From Mucisphaera calidilacus (GTDB taxonomy: Bacteria; Planctomycetota; Phycisphaerae; Phycisphaerales; Phycisphaeraceae): a stretch of 32,000 nucleotides of DNA. A program made the translations under genes and the position numbers. Location of the stretch: contig NZ_CP036280.1 in the NCBI RefSeq assembly GCF_007748075.1, forward strand, positions 1 through 32,000, given 5' to 3'. Of this stretch, positions 1 through 8,457 are shown in pieces (position 1 is the stretch's first letter; the number at the start of each line of letters is the position of its first letter). The notes beneath the pieces were generated by a model. The model saw nothing but the letters and a program-made list of their open reading frames with translations, did no database searches and had not been told where the DNA came from.

Positions 1-1458
1 TTGAGCGCGATCTGCACCGCTGCTGACGATATTCCCGCGCGTATTGCGAGCCACCTTGCCGACCAGATCGGTTCGCGCAAGTACACGATGTGGTTCGACG
101 GTACGGCTCATCTTGATTTTGATGCGGAGGTTCAGGCGTTACGTCTGACGGTCCCGAATGATTTTGCGGCGAACTGGATCAACCAGAACTTTCGGGGTGC
201 GTTGACGCGAGCGGTGGAGCGTGCGGTCGGGGGCCCGGCGCGTGTGGAGATCGCGATTGATCCGAAGGAGTTTCGGATCGCGGCCTCGGCGCAGGCGTTG
301 GCGGTGCAGCCGGCTGCTGCTGCGCCCCAGGCTGCGGCGGCGTCGGCGGCTCTGGCGCATGGTGTGAACGCGGGATCGCGTTGCCCGCTGCTGCGTCACC
401 GGCTGGAGCGTTTTGTGGTCGGTCCGTCAAACGAGTTGGCGTACACGGCGGCGCTGCGTCTGGCGGAGGGCGATAGCCACCCGTACGGCCCGCTGTTTAT
501 TCATGGCGGGTGCGGGTTGGGCAAGACGCACCTGCTTCAGGGGATCTGTCGGCGGGTGATGGAGCTGGATCCGGGCGCGTCGGTGGTCTACATGACGGGT
601 GAGCAGTTCACGAACGAGTTCATCACGGCTGTGCGTGGGAACAAGATCGATCGTTTCCGTTCGCGGATCCGGAAGCTGAGTCTGCTGGCGGTAGATGACG
701 TGCACTTCCTGGCGGACAAGCAGGCGACGCAGGAGGAGTTCCTGCACAGTTTCGAGCAGATCGAGATGGCGGGTGCTCGTGTGATCATGGCGAGCGACAG
801 TCACCCGCGGACGATCAAGCGTTTTGGCGAGGGGCTTCGCAGCCGTTGTCTTCGTGGTCTGGTGGTTCAGGTTCAGGTTCCGGACGATGCGACACGTGGG
901 CGTCTTCTGCGTGAGTTGGCGACGCGTCTGGAGCTCCGTCTGACGGACGATGCCGCGTCGCTGGTGATGGCGCGTTGGCAGGGATCGGTGCGTGAGTTGG
1001 AGGGGATGCTGCGTACGCTGCACGCGTTGGTGACGCTGGGGCAGGCCCGGGGCTTGTCGCTGAGCGGGATCATTGACCGTGAGGTGGTGAAGCGTGCGTT
1101 GGCGGATGACCGCGAGGCGGGTCCGCGTAGGCCGCTTCGTTACGAGGAGATCGTGGCGGAGGTGGAGCGTCAGACGGGTGTGTCGCGTGGCATGATCGCG
1201 GGTGGCAGCCGCAAGCCGGTGGCGGTTCTGGCGCGTTCGGTGTGCATCCATCTGACGCGGAAGCTGACGTCGATGAGTTTCCCGGAGATCGCGACGGCGA
1301 TGGGGAAGAAGACGCACTCGACGGTGGTGACGGCGGACAAGCGGATGCTTCGGCTGCTGATGGATGGCAAGCCGATGCGTTTTCCGGGCCCGGTGGGTGA
1401 GGTGACGCCTCGGCAGCTGGCGGACCGTGTTCAGGGGTGCCTGATGCGAGGGGGTTGA
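1..1458 (+). CDS. dnaA: Chromosomal replication initiator protein DnaA (TTG start at window base 1)
   Basis: 485-aa ORF. AAA+ Walker A GGCGLGKTHLL and Walker B LLAVDDVHFL. C-terminal DnaA-box-binding domain IV (SFPEIATAMGKKTHSTVVTADKRM). Ala/Gln-rich domain II linker. Confidence 0.95.
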   Translation: MSAICTAADDIPARIASHLADQIGSRKYTMWFDGTAHLDFDAEVQALRLTVPNDFAANWINQNFRGALTRAVERAVGGPARVEIAIDPKEFRIAASAQALAVQPAAAAPQAAAASAALAHGVNAGSRCPLLRHRLERFVVGPSNELAYTAALRLAEGDSHPYGPLFIHGGCGLGKTHLLQGICRRVMELDPGASVVYMTGEQFTNEFITAVRGNKIDRFRSRIRKLSLLAVDDVHFLADKQATQEEFLHSFEQIEMAGARVIMASDSHPRTIKRFGEGLRSRCLRGLVVQVQVPDDATRGRLLRELATRLELRLTDDAASLVMARWQGSVRELEGMLRTLHALVTLGQARGLSLSGIIDREVVKRALADDREAGPRRPLRYEEIVAEVERQTGVSRGMIAGGSRKPVAVLARSVCIHLTRKLTSMSFPEIATAMGKKTHSTVVTADKRMLRLLMDGKPMRFPGPVGEVTPRQLADRVQGCLMRGG

Positions 1459-1485
1459 TTGGGTTCCCGGGGAGGGATGAGGGAA

Positions 1486-1568
1486 TGGGCGAAGTAGGAT
1501 TCGAACCTACGTAGGCGTGAGCCAGCGGGTTTACAGCCCGCTCCATTTGGCCGCTCTGGCATTCGCCC
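1486..1568 (-). tRNA. tRNA-Tyr (anticodon GUA)
   Basis: 83-nt cloverleaf folded by hand on the minus strand. Acceptor GGGCGAA/TTCGCCC; anticodon stem GCGGG/CCCGC with loop CU-GUA-AA. Long variable arm (GGC-TCAC-GCC) typical of bacterial tRNA-Tyr. T arm GTAGG-TTCGAAT-CCTAC; discriminator A; CCA not encoded. Confidence 0.9.
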
Positions 1569-1583
1569 GAGGTGGGATCGGGT

Positions 1584-1613
1584 TTTCTACCTCGTCAGGG
1601 GTGTTGTCGTCAA
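1584..1613 (-). promoter_or_regulatory. Candidate sigma70-type promoter for tRNA-Tyr
   Basis: On the minus strand, TTGACG (1613-1608), an 18-nt spacer, then TAGAAA (1589-1584), about 15 nt upstream of the tRNA 5' end. Based on hexamer matching only. Confidence 0.3.
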
Positions 1614-1744
1614 ATAGTGCGCGTCTAATTGAACCTCGTTCGCTTGTGGTGTGCATTTCAAACGTGTTTTTTACATTGATAGAGTCAATATCAGGGGTTA
1701 CGCTTAATGAGGATAATCGCACATGCAGGAGGCAGCGCGACGTC

Positions 1745-2368
1745 GTGACCGCACTGAACAGCCATGTCCTTGTGTTGAACAGGTTATGGATGGCCGTGCG
1801 GGTCGTGGATGCCCGCCGGGCGTTCTCGATGCTGGTGCGCAACATGGCCGAGGTGATCCGTGTGGATGACGGGTCGTACACGGCGCACGATTTTGACAGC
1901 TGGGCGGACCTCTCCGAGTACCGAGACGCAATTAATGATGGCGTCGAGGCTTATGAGTGGATTCGGACGGTTCGGATGCAGTTGGCGGTGCCGAAGGTGA
2001 TCCGTTTGCTGGGTTATGACCGCCTGCCGAACCAGGATGTGAAGCTCAACCGCCGGAACATTTTTGCTCGAGACCGGAACATCTGCCAGTACTGCGGGTC
2101 GCATTTTCCGACGTCGGAGCTGAGTCTGGATCACATTGTTCCGCGGACGCAGGGTGGCGGGAGTTCGTGGACGAACCTGGTCTGCTGCTGTGTGGCGTGC
2201 AACAGCCGCAAGGGGGGTCGGACGCCTGTGCAGGCGAGCATGAAGCTGATCCGCAAGCCGGTGAAGCCGGCGCGGAACCCTGTGATCAGCATTCGTCTGG
2301 GTCACGACAAGTACGCGAGCTGGCGTGCGTTTCTGGATCACGCTTACTGGTCGGTCGAGTTGCGCTGA
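1745..2368 (+). CDS. Stand-alone HNH (His-Me finger) endonuclease family protein
   Basis: In-frame GTG at 1745 follows AGGAGG (1727-1732). The ORF-track start at 1517 would overlap the tRNA. HNH core: CQYCG...LSLDHIVPRTQGGGSSWTNLVCCCVACNSRKG (two Cys pairs plus DH...N). The N-terminus MTALNSHVLVLNRLW resembles the widespread ~200-aa COG1403-type family. Confidence 0.8.
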   Translation: MTALNSHVLVLNRLWMAVRVVDARRAFSMLVRNMAEVIRVDDGSYTAHDFDSWADLSEYRDAINDGVEAYEWIRTVRMQLAVPKVIRLLGYDRLPNQDVKLNRRNIFARDRNICQYCGSHFPTSELSLDHIVPRTQGGGSSWTNLVCCCVACNSRKGGRTPVQASMKLIRKPVKPARNPVISIRLGHDKYASWRAFLDHAYWSVELR

Positions 2369-2673
2369 TCGTCGCGTGGGTTTGAATCCGTTCGCCGGGG
2401 GCGTGGCGGTGTGCTGATCAACCGCATTTGCGGGGCGTCTGCACCGTGTTATCCATATAAACTCAATCGCATAATAGCTTTGGGGTGTTTTTCGGGCTAA
2501 TGTTGTTTTTGAGTTCACGATGGATGTGTCAAGTGGATGGTTATCGATCGCGGGTGGGTTTGTGTGGGCTGCGGCGCATGACGCGGCTGTGCCGTGCGCA
2601 TCTACAGGGGAACCGTGCCGGTCTGGGCGAGTTCATTAAGTGGGGCAGACCCAGACCCGATTCGTGAATCTGG

Positions 2674-2707
2674 AGTGTCGGCGTGCGTCGACCGGGCACT
2701 TTTTTTT
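2674..2707 (+). terminator. Candidate Rho-independent terminator in the AT-rich spacer
   Basis: GC-rich hairpin AGTGTCGG (2674-2681) pairing with CCGGGCACT (2692-2700): 8 bp with one bulge and one G-U pair. It runs into a T8 tract (2700-2707). No annotated + strand CDS ends nearby; the HNH gene stops at 2368. Confidence 0.5.
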
Positions 2708-2763
2708 CAGGCCGTCCTGCCGGCAGCGGATCGACAGGGCCCAGTCAATTAGGGGAGCCTTCC

Positions 2764-3381
2764 GTGCTAGGAACAACTGGTATGGGCGAGAGCAACGGGT
2801 CGGAACTCACGAGCAAGCAGGTCTTCACGACGGGTGAGGCGGCGACGGTCTGCAAGGTTTCCCAGCAGACAATCATTCGCTGTTTCGACAGCGGCCGGCT
2901 CAATGGTTTCCGCGTGCCGGGCAGTCGTTTTCGTCGGATTCCGCGTGAGGAGTTGATCCGTTTCATGCGTGCGAACGACATCCCGACGGATGAGTTCGAG
3001 TCGACGCGTAAGACGGTTCTGGTCGTGGATGATGACCCTCAGATTCTTGAGGTGTTCCGCGAGCTGATCGGCGGCGACGAGCGTATTGACCTGAAGACGG
3101 CGTCGACGGGTTATGACGCGGGCATCCTGACCGAGCAGGTTCGTCCGGACCTGATGATCCTTGACTACATGCTCCCGGACATCAACGGGAACGTGGTGTG
3201 CAACACGGTTCGGAGCAATGACGATCTGGGTCAGATGAAGATCGTGATTGTTTCGGGTGTGGTGAACCAGGAAGAAGTGGATGGGCTGCTGCGCGCGGGC
3301 GCGGACGAGTTCATCAAGAAACCGTTCAACGCCGAGCAGCTTCTTGACCGTATCGAGACGCTGCTGGGTTTCGAGGGCTGA
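2764..3381 (+). CDS. Response regulator with N-terminal excisionase/MerR-like HTH and C-terminal receiver domain
   Basis: GTG 2764 follows GGGGAG (2752-2757); alternative starts are ATG 2782 and GTG 2683. HTH: FTTGEAATVCKVSQQTIIRCFDSGRLNGFRVPGSRFRRIPREELIRFM. Canonical receiver residues are present: VLVVDDD, LMILDYMLPDINGN, IVIVSG, FIKKPF. Confidence 0.85.
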   Translation: MLGTTGMGESNGSELTSKQVFTTGEAATVCKVSQQTIIRCFDSGRLNGFRVPGSRFRRIPREELIRFMRANDIPTDEFESTRKTVLVVDDDPQILEVFRELIGGDERIDLKTASTGYDAGILTEQVRPDLMILDYMLPDINGNVVCNTVRSNDDLGQMKIVIVSGVVNQEEVDGLLRAGADEFIKKPFNAEQLLDRIETLLGFEG

Positions 3382-3413
3382 TCTCGGAGCCGTTGCGCTG
3401 ATCGGAGGGGATC

Positions 3414-5669
3414 ATGCCAGAAGCGGCCGCGCCGGCGGCTCAACTAGACGACGCTCGACGCGCCGAGCTGATCCTGCGCAAGGTGGACAGCCTGCCGACG
3501 CTGCCCTCGGTGGCGACGCGGCTGCTTGATCTGACCGCGCGTGAGGATGCCGAGGCGGGTGAGGTGATCTCGCTGGTGAAGTCGGATCCGGCGTTGACGT
3601 CGCGGATCCTGGCGATGTGTCGCACGGCCGACAAGGGCGTGAGCAACGAGGTCCTGACGATCGACCGTGCGGTAGTGCTGCTGGGCTTCAGCGCGATCCG
3701 CAACGTGGTGCTCTCGCTTCAGGTGGGTCGTTACTTCGAACAGATGAATCCGGACACGGAGCAGCCCGCGGAGGCGGGGCTGGACCGGACGGGCTTGTGG
3801 ATTCACAGCCTGGCGGTGGCGGTGACGGCGGAGCTGATCGCGGAGCTGCACCCGGAGCGTAAGGAGTTGCGTGCGGACCAGGCGTTTGTTTGCGGTCTGC
3901 TGCACGACCTGGGCAAGCTGACGCTGGATTACGTGCTGCCGCGCTCGTACGGCAAGGTGCTGCGAGTGGCGGAGGAGCGTCAGTGCGGTCTGGCGGAGGT
4001 GGAGAAGCGTGTTCTGGGGATTGATCACCTGACGGCGGGCAAGCGTATCTCGGAGACGTGGGGTCTGCCGGACACGGTTCGTGACGTGATGTGGCAGCAC
4101 GCGTTGCCGGCGGAGGCGTTGCGCGATCAGCCCAGCGGCGCGATGGTTCAGCTGGTGGCGTTGGCGAACGCGTTGGTTCGTTCGCTGCACCTTGGGGTGT
4201 CGGGCAGCCACGGTCGTCGGAACCGGACGCCTGAGTACGCGGAGGCGTTGGGGATCGAGTACGGGTGGCTGGACCGGATCAGCACGCACGTGGTGGAGCG
4301 GATCGAGACGCTGAGCGAGACGCTGGGGATCGGTGCCAAGCCGTCGGTGGAGTTGCTGCTGGACTCGGTGCGTTCGGCGAACGCGGCTCTGGCGCGGATG
4401 AATCAGTCGCTGGAGCGCAAGTCGGTGGCGGGCACGCACGCGGAGCGTACGCTGGCGATCCTGAGTCGTTTCCAGAAGCGGATCAACGCTCAGCACGGTC
4501 TGGCGGGGACGCTGGTGGCGGTGTCGGAGTCGGCGCGGGTGTGGGCGGAGGGTCAGGTTCGTGCGGCGTGGTTTTTTGCGGACGGTCACCGCGGGACGAT
4601 CTGGGGCGGCTCGTGGTTCCGGTTTGATGATCGCCTGGAGCCGGTGAATTCGGGCCGTGTTGATCCGCCGGCGTCGTGCGATCTGGAGGCGTTGGGTTCG
4701 ATGTGGGGTGTGCCGGCGTGTGAGTCGGCGTCGTGGCTGGTTCGTGCCTCGGGGATCGAGGAGAACCCGGGCGACCGTCTGGTGGTGCTGGGTCATCCGG
4801 CGACGGGGTACGCGATTCTGATCGCGAACGCGTCGCGTTGGCCGGCGCAGCAGGCGTCGGGGCCTTTGTTGTCGGCGTGGTCGACGGCGATCGCGGCGGC
4901 GTCGGCGTACGAGCGGACGCAGCGGCTCAACGAGGACCTGGTGCGTGTGGGTGCGGAGCTGAGCGAGGCGCAGGACGAGCTGGTGCGTAACCGCTCGATG
5001 GCGCGTCTGGGCGAGGTGACGGCGGGTGCGGCGCACGAGATGAACAATCCGCTGACGGTGTTGTCGGGTCGTGCGCAGCTGCTGGCGATGAAGTGCAAGC
5101 CGGGTTCGGACGAGCACAAGTCGGCGCAGGTGATGATGAAGGCGTCGGAGAAGCTGACGGACCTGATCACGAGCCTGCATATTCTGGCGAAGCCTCAGGT
5201 GCCGATGCGCAGCGAGGCCGACCTGGGTCAGATCATTCAGGTGGCGTCGGGTCAGGCGCGTGACCTGGCGCGTGCCAAGCCGGAGGTGGAGCTGGGCCTT
5301 CAGATTCCGGAGGGGTTGCCCAAGGCGAATATCGATCCCGAGCAGATCCGTGGCGCGTTGGTGGAGGTGATCTGCAACGCGTTCGAGGCGCCGGCGCGTG
5401 CGTTGGTGCGTGTGAGCCTGGAGCTGGGTTCGGGCGGTCGTCGGGCGTTGATCCTGGTGCGTGATGACGGTCCGGGTATGGACCTGCACACGCTGGAGCA
5501 CGCTTGCGATCCGTTCTTCAGCAGTAAAGCTGCGGGGAGAAGGACGGGTATGGGGCTTTCGCGGGCGCGGGCCTTTATTAACGGTCACGACGGTCGTCTG
5601 GAACTTGACAGCATCCCGGGGCAGGGAACGACCGTCACCCTTCATCTTCCGCTTGACCGGCAGGGCTGA
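3414..5669 (+). CDS. Cytoplasmic HDOD-domain sensor histidine kinase
   Basis: ATG follows GGAGGGG. N-terminal HDOD-like region (LPTLPSVATRLLDL...DPALTSRILAMCRTA...GLLHDLGKL). H-box GAAHEMNNPLTVLSGRAQLL. HATPase G-boxes DDGPGMD and GMGLSRARAFINGHDGRLELDSIPGQGTTVTLHLP. No obvious TM segment. Confidence 0.9.
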   Translation: MPEAAAPAAQLDDARRAELILRKVDSLPTLPSVATRLLDLTAREDAEAGEVISLVKSDPALTSRILAMCRTADKGVSNEVLTIDRAVVLLGFSAIRNVVLSLQVGRYFEQMNPDTEQPAEAGLDRTGLWIHSLAVAVTAELIAELHPERKELRADQAFVCGLLHDLGKLTLDYVLPRSYGKVLRVAEERQCGLAEVEKRVLGIDHLTAGKRISETWGLPDTVRDVMWQHALPAEALRDQPSGAMVQLVALANALVRSLHLGVSGSHGRRNRTPEYAEALGIEYGWLDRISTHVVERIETLSETLGIGAKPSVELLLDSVRSANAALARMNQSLERKSVAGTHAERTLAILSRFQKRINAQHGLAGTLVAVSESARVWAEGQVRAAWFFADGHRGTIWGGSWFRFDDRLEPVNSGRVDPPASCDLEALGSMWGVPACESASWLVRASGIEENPGDRLVVLGHPATGYAILIANASRWPAQQASGPLLSAWSTAIAAASAYERTQRLNEDLVRVGAELSEAQDELVRNRSMARLGEVTAGAAHEMNNPLTVLSGRAQLLAMKCKPGSDEHKSAQVMMKASEKLTDLITSLHILAKPQVPMRSEADLGQIIQVASGQARDLARAKPEVELGLQIPEGLPKANIDPEQIRGALVEVICNAFEAPARALVRVSLELGSGGRRALILVRDDGPGMDLHTLEHACDPFFSSKAAGRRTGMGLSRARAFINGHDGRLELDSIPGQGTTVTLHLPLDRQG

Positions 5670-5736
5670 GCGGTCGATCGAAACCCAACACGACAACCGC
5701 TTGCCGCTGAGCGAGCCTAGTTGAGGGTTCATCACC

Positions 5737-6864
5737 TTGGTCACACACTCATCCACGACAACCCGAAAGGGTCCGCGACTGGCGGGTGCCCGTCGTCCGC
5801 TGGCCCTGCTGCTGGTTGATGCACCATCCCAGGTGTCGGAGGCGTTGGCTTCGGCCGGGACGCCTGAGGGTCGGGAGCTTTCGGTTGAACGGGTTGAGAC
5901 GGCTGCGCAGGCTCGGCAGAGTCTGGACGCGGGCCGCTACGACGTGCTGGTGGTGCGTGCGGAACTGACGGACGGGACGGGTCTGGGCGTGGTGGCGCAC
6001 GCGGGTCAGCTCAAGCGTCGGCCGCAGTGCGTGCTGATCGCGGACGACCCGACGGCGGAGCAGACGCTGGCGGCGATGCGGACGGGTGTGGCGGACGTGC
6101 TGCCCGGTTCGCCTGACCGGGCGTGTGCTGAGGCCTGTCTGCGTCGTGTGCTGGACCGTCTGCAGGCGGACCGCGCGAATTCGGACCGGGTTCGTCGGCT
6201 TCGGAAGCTATGCAAGAAGCTGAACGAGGCGCGGATCGAGGTGAGTCAGCAGGTGGACGTGTTGTGCAGCGATCTGGTGACGGCGTACCAGGAGCTGGCG
6301 GTTCAGATGCAGCACATGGTGCAGTCGACGGAGTACGGGACGGTGATCCGTGAGGAGCTGGACCTGGAGCAGCTGCTGCGTAAGACGCTGGAGCACGTGG
6401 TGGAGAAGTCGGGCGCGACCAATGCGGCGATCTATCTGCCCTCGTCGGCGGACGAGTTTTCGGTGGGCGGTTATGTGAATGTGAATCCTGACGCCGGGGA
6501 GGGCGCCAGCGATATCCTGCTTGATCAGATTGCCGACCGGATCCCCGCGACGATGCAGGGTGTCGAGGAGCTGGTTCACCTGACGGACGACGACGCGATC
6601 GCCGACTGGATGGGAGCGGACGAGTGTTTCCTCGAGGGGAACGAGCTGCTGGCGGTGCCCTGCCGGGCCGAGGAGGAGACGTTGTCGGTGCTGGTGCTGT
6701 TCCGCGACCGGACGATGCCTTACGACGAGCGCGTGCTGGAGACGGTGGAGGCGATCGCCCCGCTGCTGGGCGAGGCGTTGGCGAAGGTGATCCGGGTGCA
6801 TCACCGCCACGTGGCGGACGACTACTACGAGGGCGAGGACGACGGCGACACGCTGTCGTTCTGA
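5737..6864 (+). CDS. Degenerate (pseudo-)receiver / coiled-coil / GAF-like domain protein
   Basis: TTG start follows GAGGG (5723-5727). Receiver-like fold (LALLLVDAPS...YDVLVVRAELTDGTG...CVLIADD...GVADVLPG) with Arg at the expected phospho-acceptor Asp position. Central coiled coil. C-terminal GAF-like region (LLRKTLEHVVEKSGATNAAIYL...LAVPCRAEEETLSVLVLFRD). Followed by a strong terminator. Confidence 0.75.
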   Translation: MVTHSSTTTRKGPRLAGARRPLALLLVDAPSQVSEALASAGTPEGRELSVERVETAAQARQSLDAGRYDVLVVRAELTDGTGLGVVAHAGQLKRRPQCVLIADDPTAEQTLAAMRTGVADVLPGSPDRACAEACLRRVLDRLQADRANSDRVRRLRKLCKKLNEARIEVSQQVDVLCSDLVTAYQELAVQMQHMVQSTEYGTVIREELDLEQLLRKTLEHVVEKSGATNAAIYLPSSADEFSVGGYVNVNPDAGEGASDILLDQIADRIPATMQGVEELVHLTDDDAIADWMGADECFLEGNELLAVPCRAEEETLSVLVLFRDRTMPYDERVLETVEAIAPLLGEALAKVIRVHHRHVADDYYEGEDDGDTLSF

Positions 6865-6890
6865 GGCGGATTCTGTGGTTTAAACGCATG

Positions 6891-6918
6891 ACCCACGGGC
6901 CGGTCCCGTGGGTTTTTT
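6891..6918 (+). terminator. Rho-independent terminator after the pseudo-receiver gene
   Basis: Perfect 9-bp stem ACCCACGGG (6891-6899) / CCCGTGGGT (6905-6913), a 5-nt loop, then a T6 tract (6913-6918). It lies 27 nt after the stop codon. Confidence 0.85.
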
Positions 6919-6940
6919 CGTTCTCCGATACACTCTGGGC

Positions 6941-8455
6941 ATGAGCGACACGAAGACAACGTCCAAGCCGTGGGAGCACGCGAAGAGCTCGGGCAGCGAG
7001 ACCGATCCATTGGCGGCGCGGTTTGTTTCCTCGATCGATTACGACTGGCGGCTGTACAAGCAGGACATCCGCGGGTCGATCGCGCACGCGACGATGCTGG
7101 AGCAGGTCGGGCTGATCACGGCGGGGGACCTCGAGGCGATCGAGGCGGGTTTGCGGGCGATCGAGTCGGAGATCGACGAGCGGGGTCGCGGGTGGCCGGG
7201 GTTCACGTACGAGCTGGAAGACATCCACATGTGCGTGGAGGCGGCGTTGATCGAGCGTGTGGGCGAGCCGGGCCGGAAGCTGCACACGGGGCGCAGCCGG
7301 AACGACCAGGTGGCGTTGGACCTGATGCTCTGGGTCCGCGACGCGATCGAGGAGCGTGTGACGCCCCTGCTGGACGCGTTGACGGACGGGCTGGTGGCGT
7401 TGGCGGAGCGTGATGGCGCGATCGTGATGCCCTCGTACACGCACCTGCAGCGTGCTCAGCCGATCGTGGTGGGGGGGGAGTTGTTCGCGTGGCACGAGGC
7501 GTTCGTGCGTGCGGGCCAGCGTGTGGCGCAGGTCGGCGTGGACATGTATCACTCGCCGCTGGGCTCGGGCGCGGTGGCGGGCACGTCGTTGCCGCTGAAC
7601 CGGGACATGACGGCGGAGGCGTTGGACTTCCCGCTGAACGCATCGAGCAGTATTGACGCGACGGCGAACCGGGACGCGGCGGTTGATTTTGTGTACGCGT
7701 TGTCGATGACGGCGATGACCTTGTCGCGTTGGGCGGAGCAGTGGATTATTTACGCGTCGACGGAGTTCGGATTCATCAAGCTGGATGACGCGTACACGAC
7801 GGGTTCGTCGATGATGCCTCAGAAGCAGAACCCGGACATGCTGGAGCTGATCCGTGGTAAGTGCGGGGCGGTGTACGGCTCGCTGGTGGCGTTGCTGACG
7901 ACGCTCAAGGGTCTGCCGATCGCGTACAACCGTGATCTTCAGGAGGACAAGAAGCACGTGTTCCGGGCGTTTGACGACGTGTGCGACTGTCTGGAGATGG
8001 CGGCGAAGATCGTGGCGGGGACGACTTTTCAGAAGGAGCGGATCGCGTCGACGCTGGACCGTGGTTATCTGGACGCGACGTCGCTGGCGGATTACCTGGT
8101 GACGAAGGGGGTGCCGTTCCGGACGGCGCATCAGGTCGTGGGCCGGCTGGTTCAGGTGTCGGAGGAGCGTGGTCTGGGCGCGTTGGGGAAGCTGTCGCTG
8201 GAGCAGTTCCGGGCCGAGTCGGAGTTGGTGGAGGCGGACGTGTTCGACTGGCTGGGTGCGGAGAACGTGGTGAAGCGTTATCAGTCGGACGGCAACGCGG
8301 GGCTGAGCGGGTTCGTCTCGCTGCTGGAGTGGGTTCGGAGCGAGGGTGCGGCCGAGGGCGAGGCGTTGGAGTGGGACGACATGGTTTCGGGGTTGAGGAA
8401 CCTCGCGGATCAGATGGAGGCCGAGCACGCTTCCAAGCCGAAGGGTGCTGATTAA
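6941..8455 (+). CDS. argH: Argininosuccinate lyase
   Basis: ATG 6941 is chosen because the ORF-track start at 6908 lies inside the terminator. Fumarate-lyase superfamily signature GSSMMPQKQNPD. ArgH-like N-terminus (RFVSSIDYDWRLYKQDIRGSIAHATML). C-terminal acidic tail about 35-45 aa longer than typical ArgH. Confidence 0.95.
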   Translation: MSDTKTTSKPWEHAKSSGSETDPLAARFVSSIDYDWRLYKQDIRGSIAHATMLEQVGLITAGDLEAIEAGLRAIESEIDERGRGWPGFTYELEDIHMCVEAALIERVGEPGRKLHTGRSRNDQVALDLMLWVRDAIEERVTPLLDALTDGLVALAERDGAIVMPSYTHLQRAQPIVVGGELFAWHEAFVRAGQRVAQVGVDMYHSPLGSGAVAGTSLPLNRDMTAEALDFPLNASSSIDATANRDAAVDFVYALSMTAMTLSRWAEQWIIYASTEFGFIKLDDAYTTGSSMMPQKQNPDMLELIRGKCGAVYGSLVALLTTLKGLPIAYNRDLQEDKKHVFRAFDDVCDCLEMAAKIVAGTTFQKERIASTLDRGYLDATSLADYLVTKGVPFRTAHQVVGRLVQVSEERGLGALGKLSLEQFRAESELVEADVFDWLGAENVVKRYQSDGNAGLSGFVSLLEWVRSEGAAEGEALEWDDMVSGLRNLADQMEAEHASKPKGAD

Positions 8456-8457
8456 CG

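Noticed and set aside
1517-1744. Long N-terminal extension of the HNH ORF (ORF-track start 1517).
   Set aside because: It would overlap the tRNA-Tyr gene and the AT-rich promoter region. An in-frame GTG at 1745 with an AGGAGG RBS gives a family-typical N-terminus.
2378-2389. GGGTTTGAATCC, resembling a tRNA T-loop, raising the possibility of a tRNA fragment or att site next to the HNH gene.
   Set aside because: The flanking bases cannot form a T stem or acceptor stem, and no matching repeat of the tRNA-Tyr 3' end was found. An integration scar is not supported.
3444-5756. 770-aa antisense ORF opposite the HDOD kinase. Similar giant antisense ORFs occur at 6011-8428, 8452-10011, 10266-12881, 16432-18693, 22482-24017 and 24479-27193.
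   Set aside because: The translations are Arg/Pro/His/Gln-rich low-complexity strings with no motifs. Each lies opposite a strongly supported sense gene. These are typical stop-codon-poor shadow frames in high-GC DNA.
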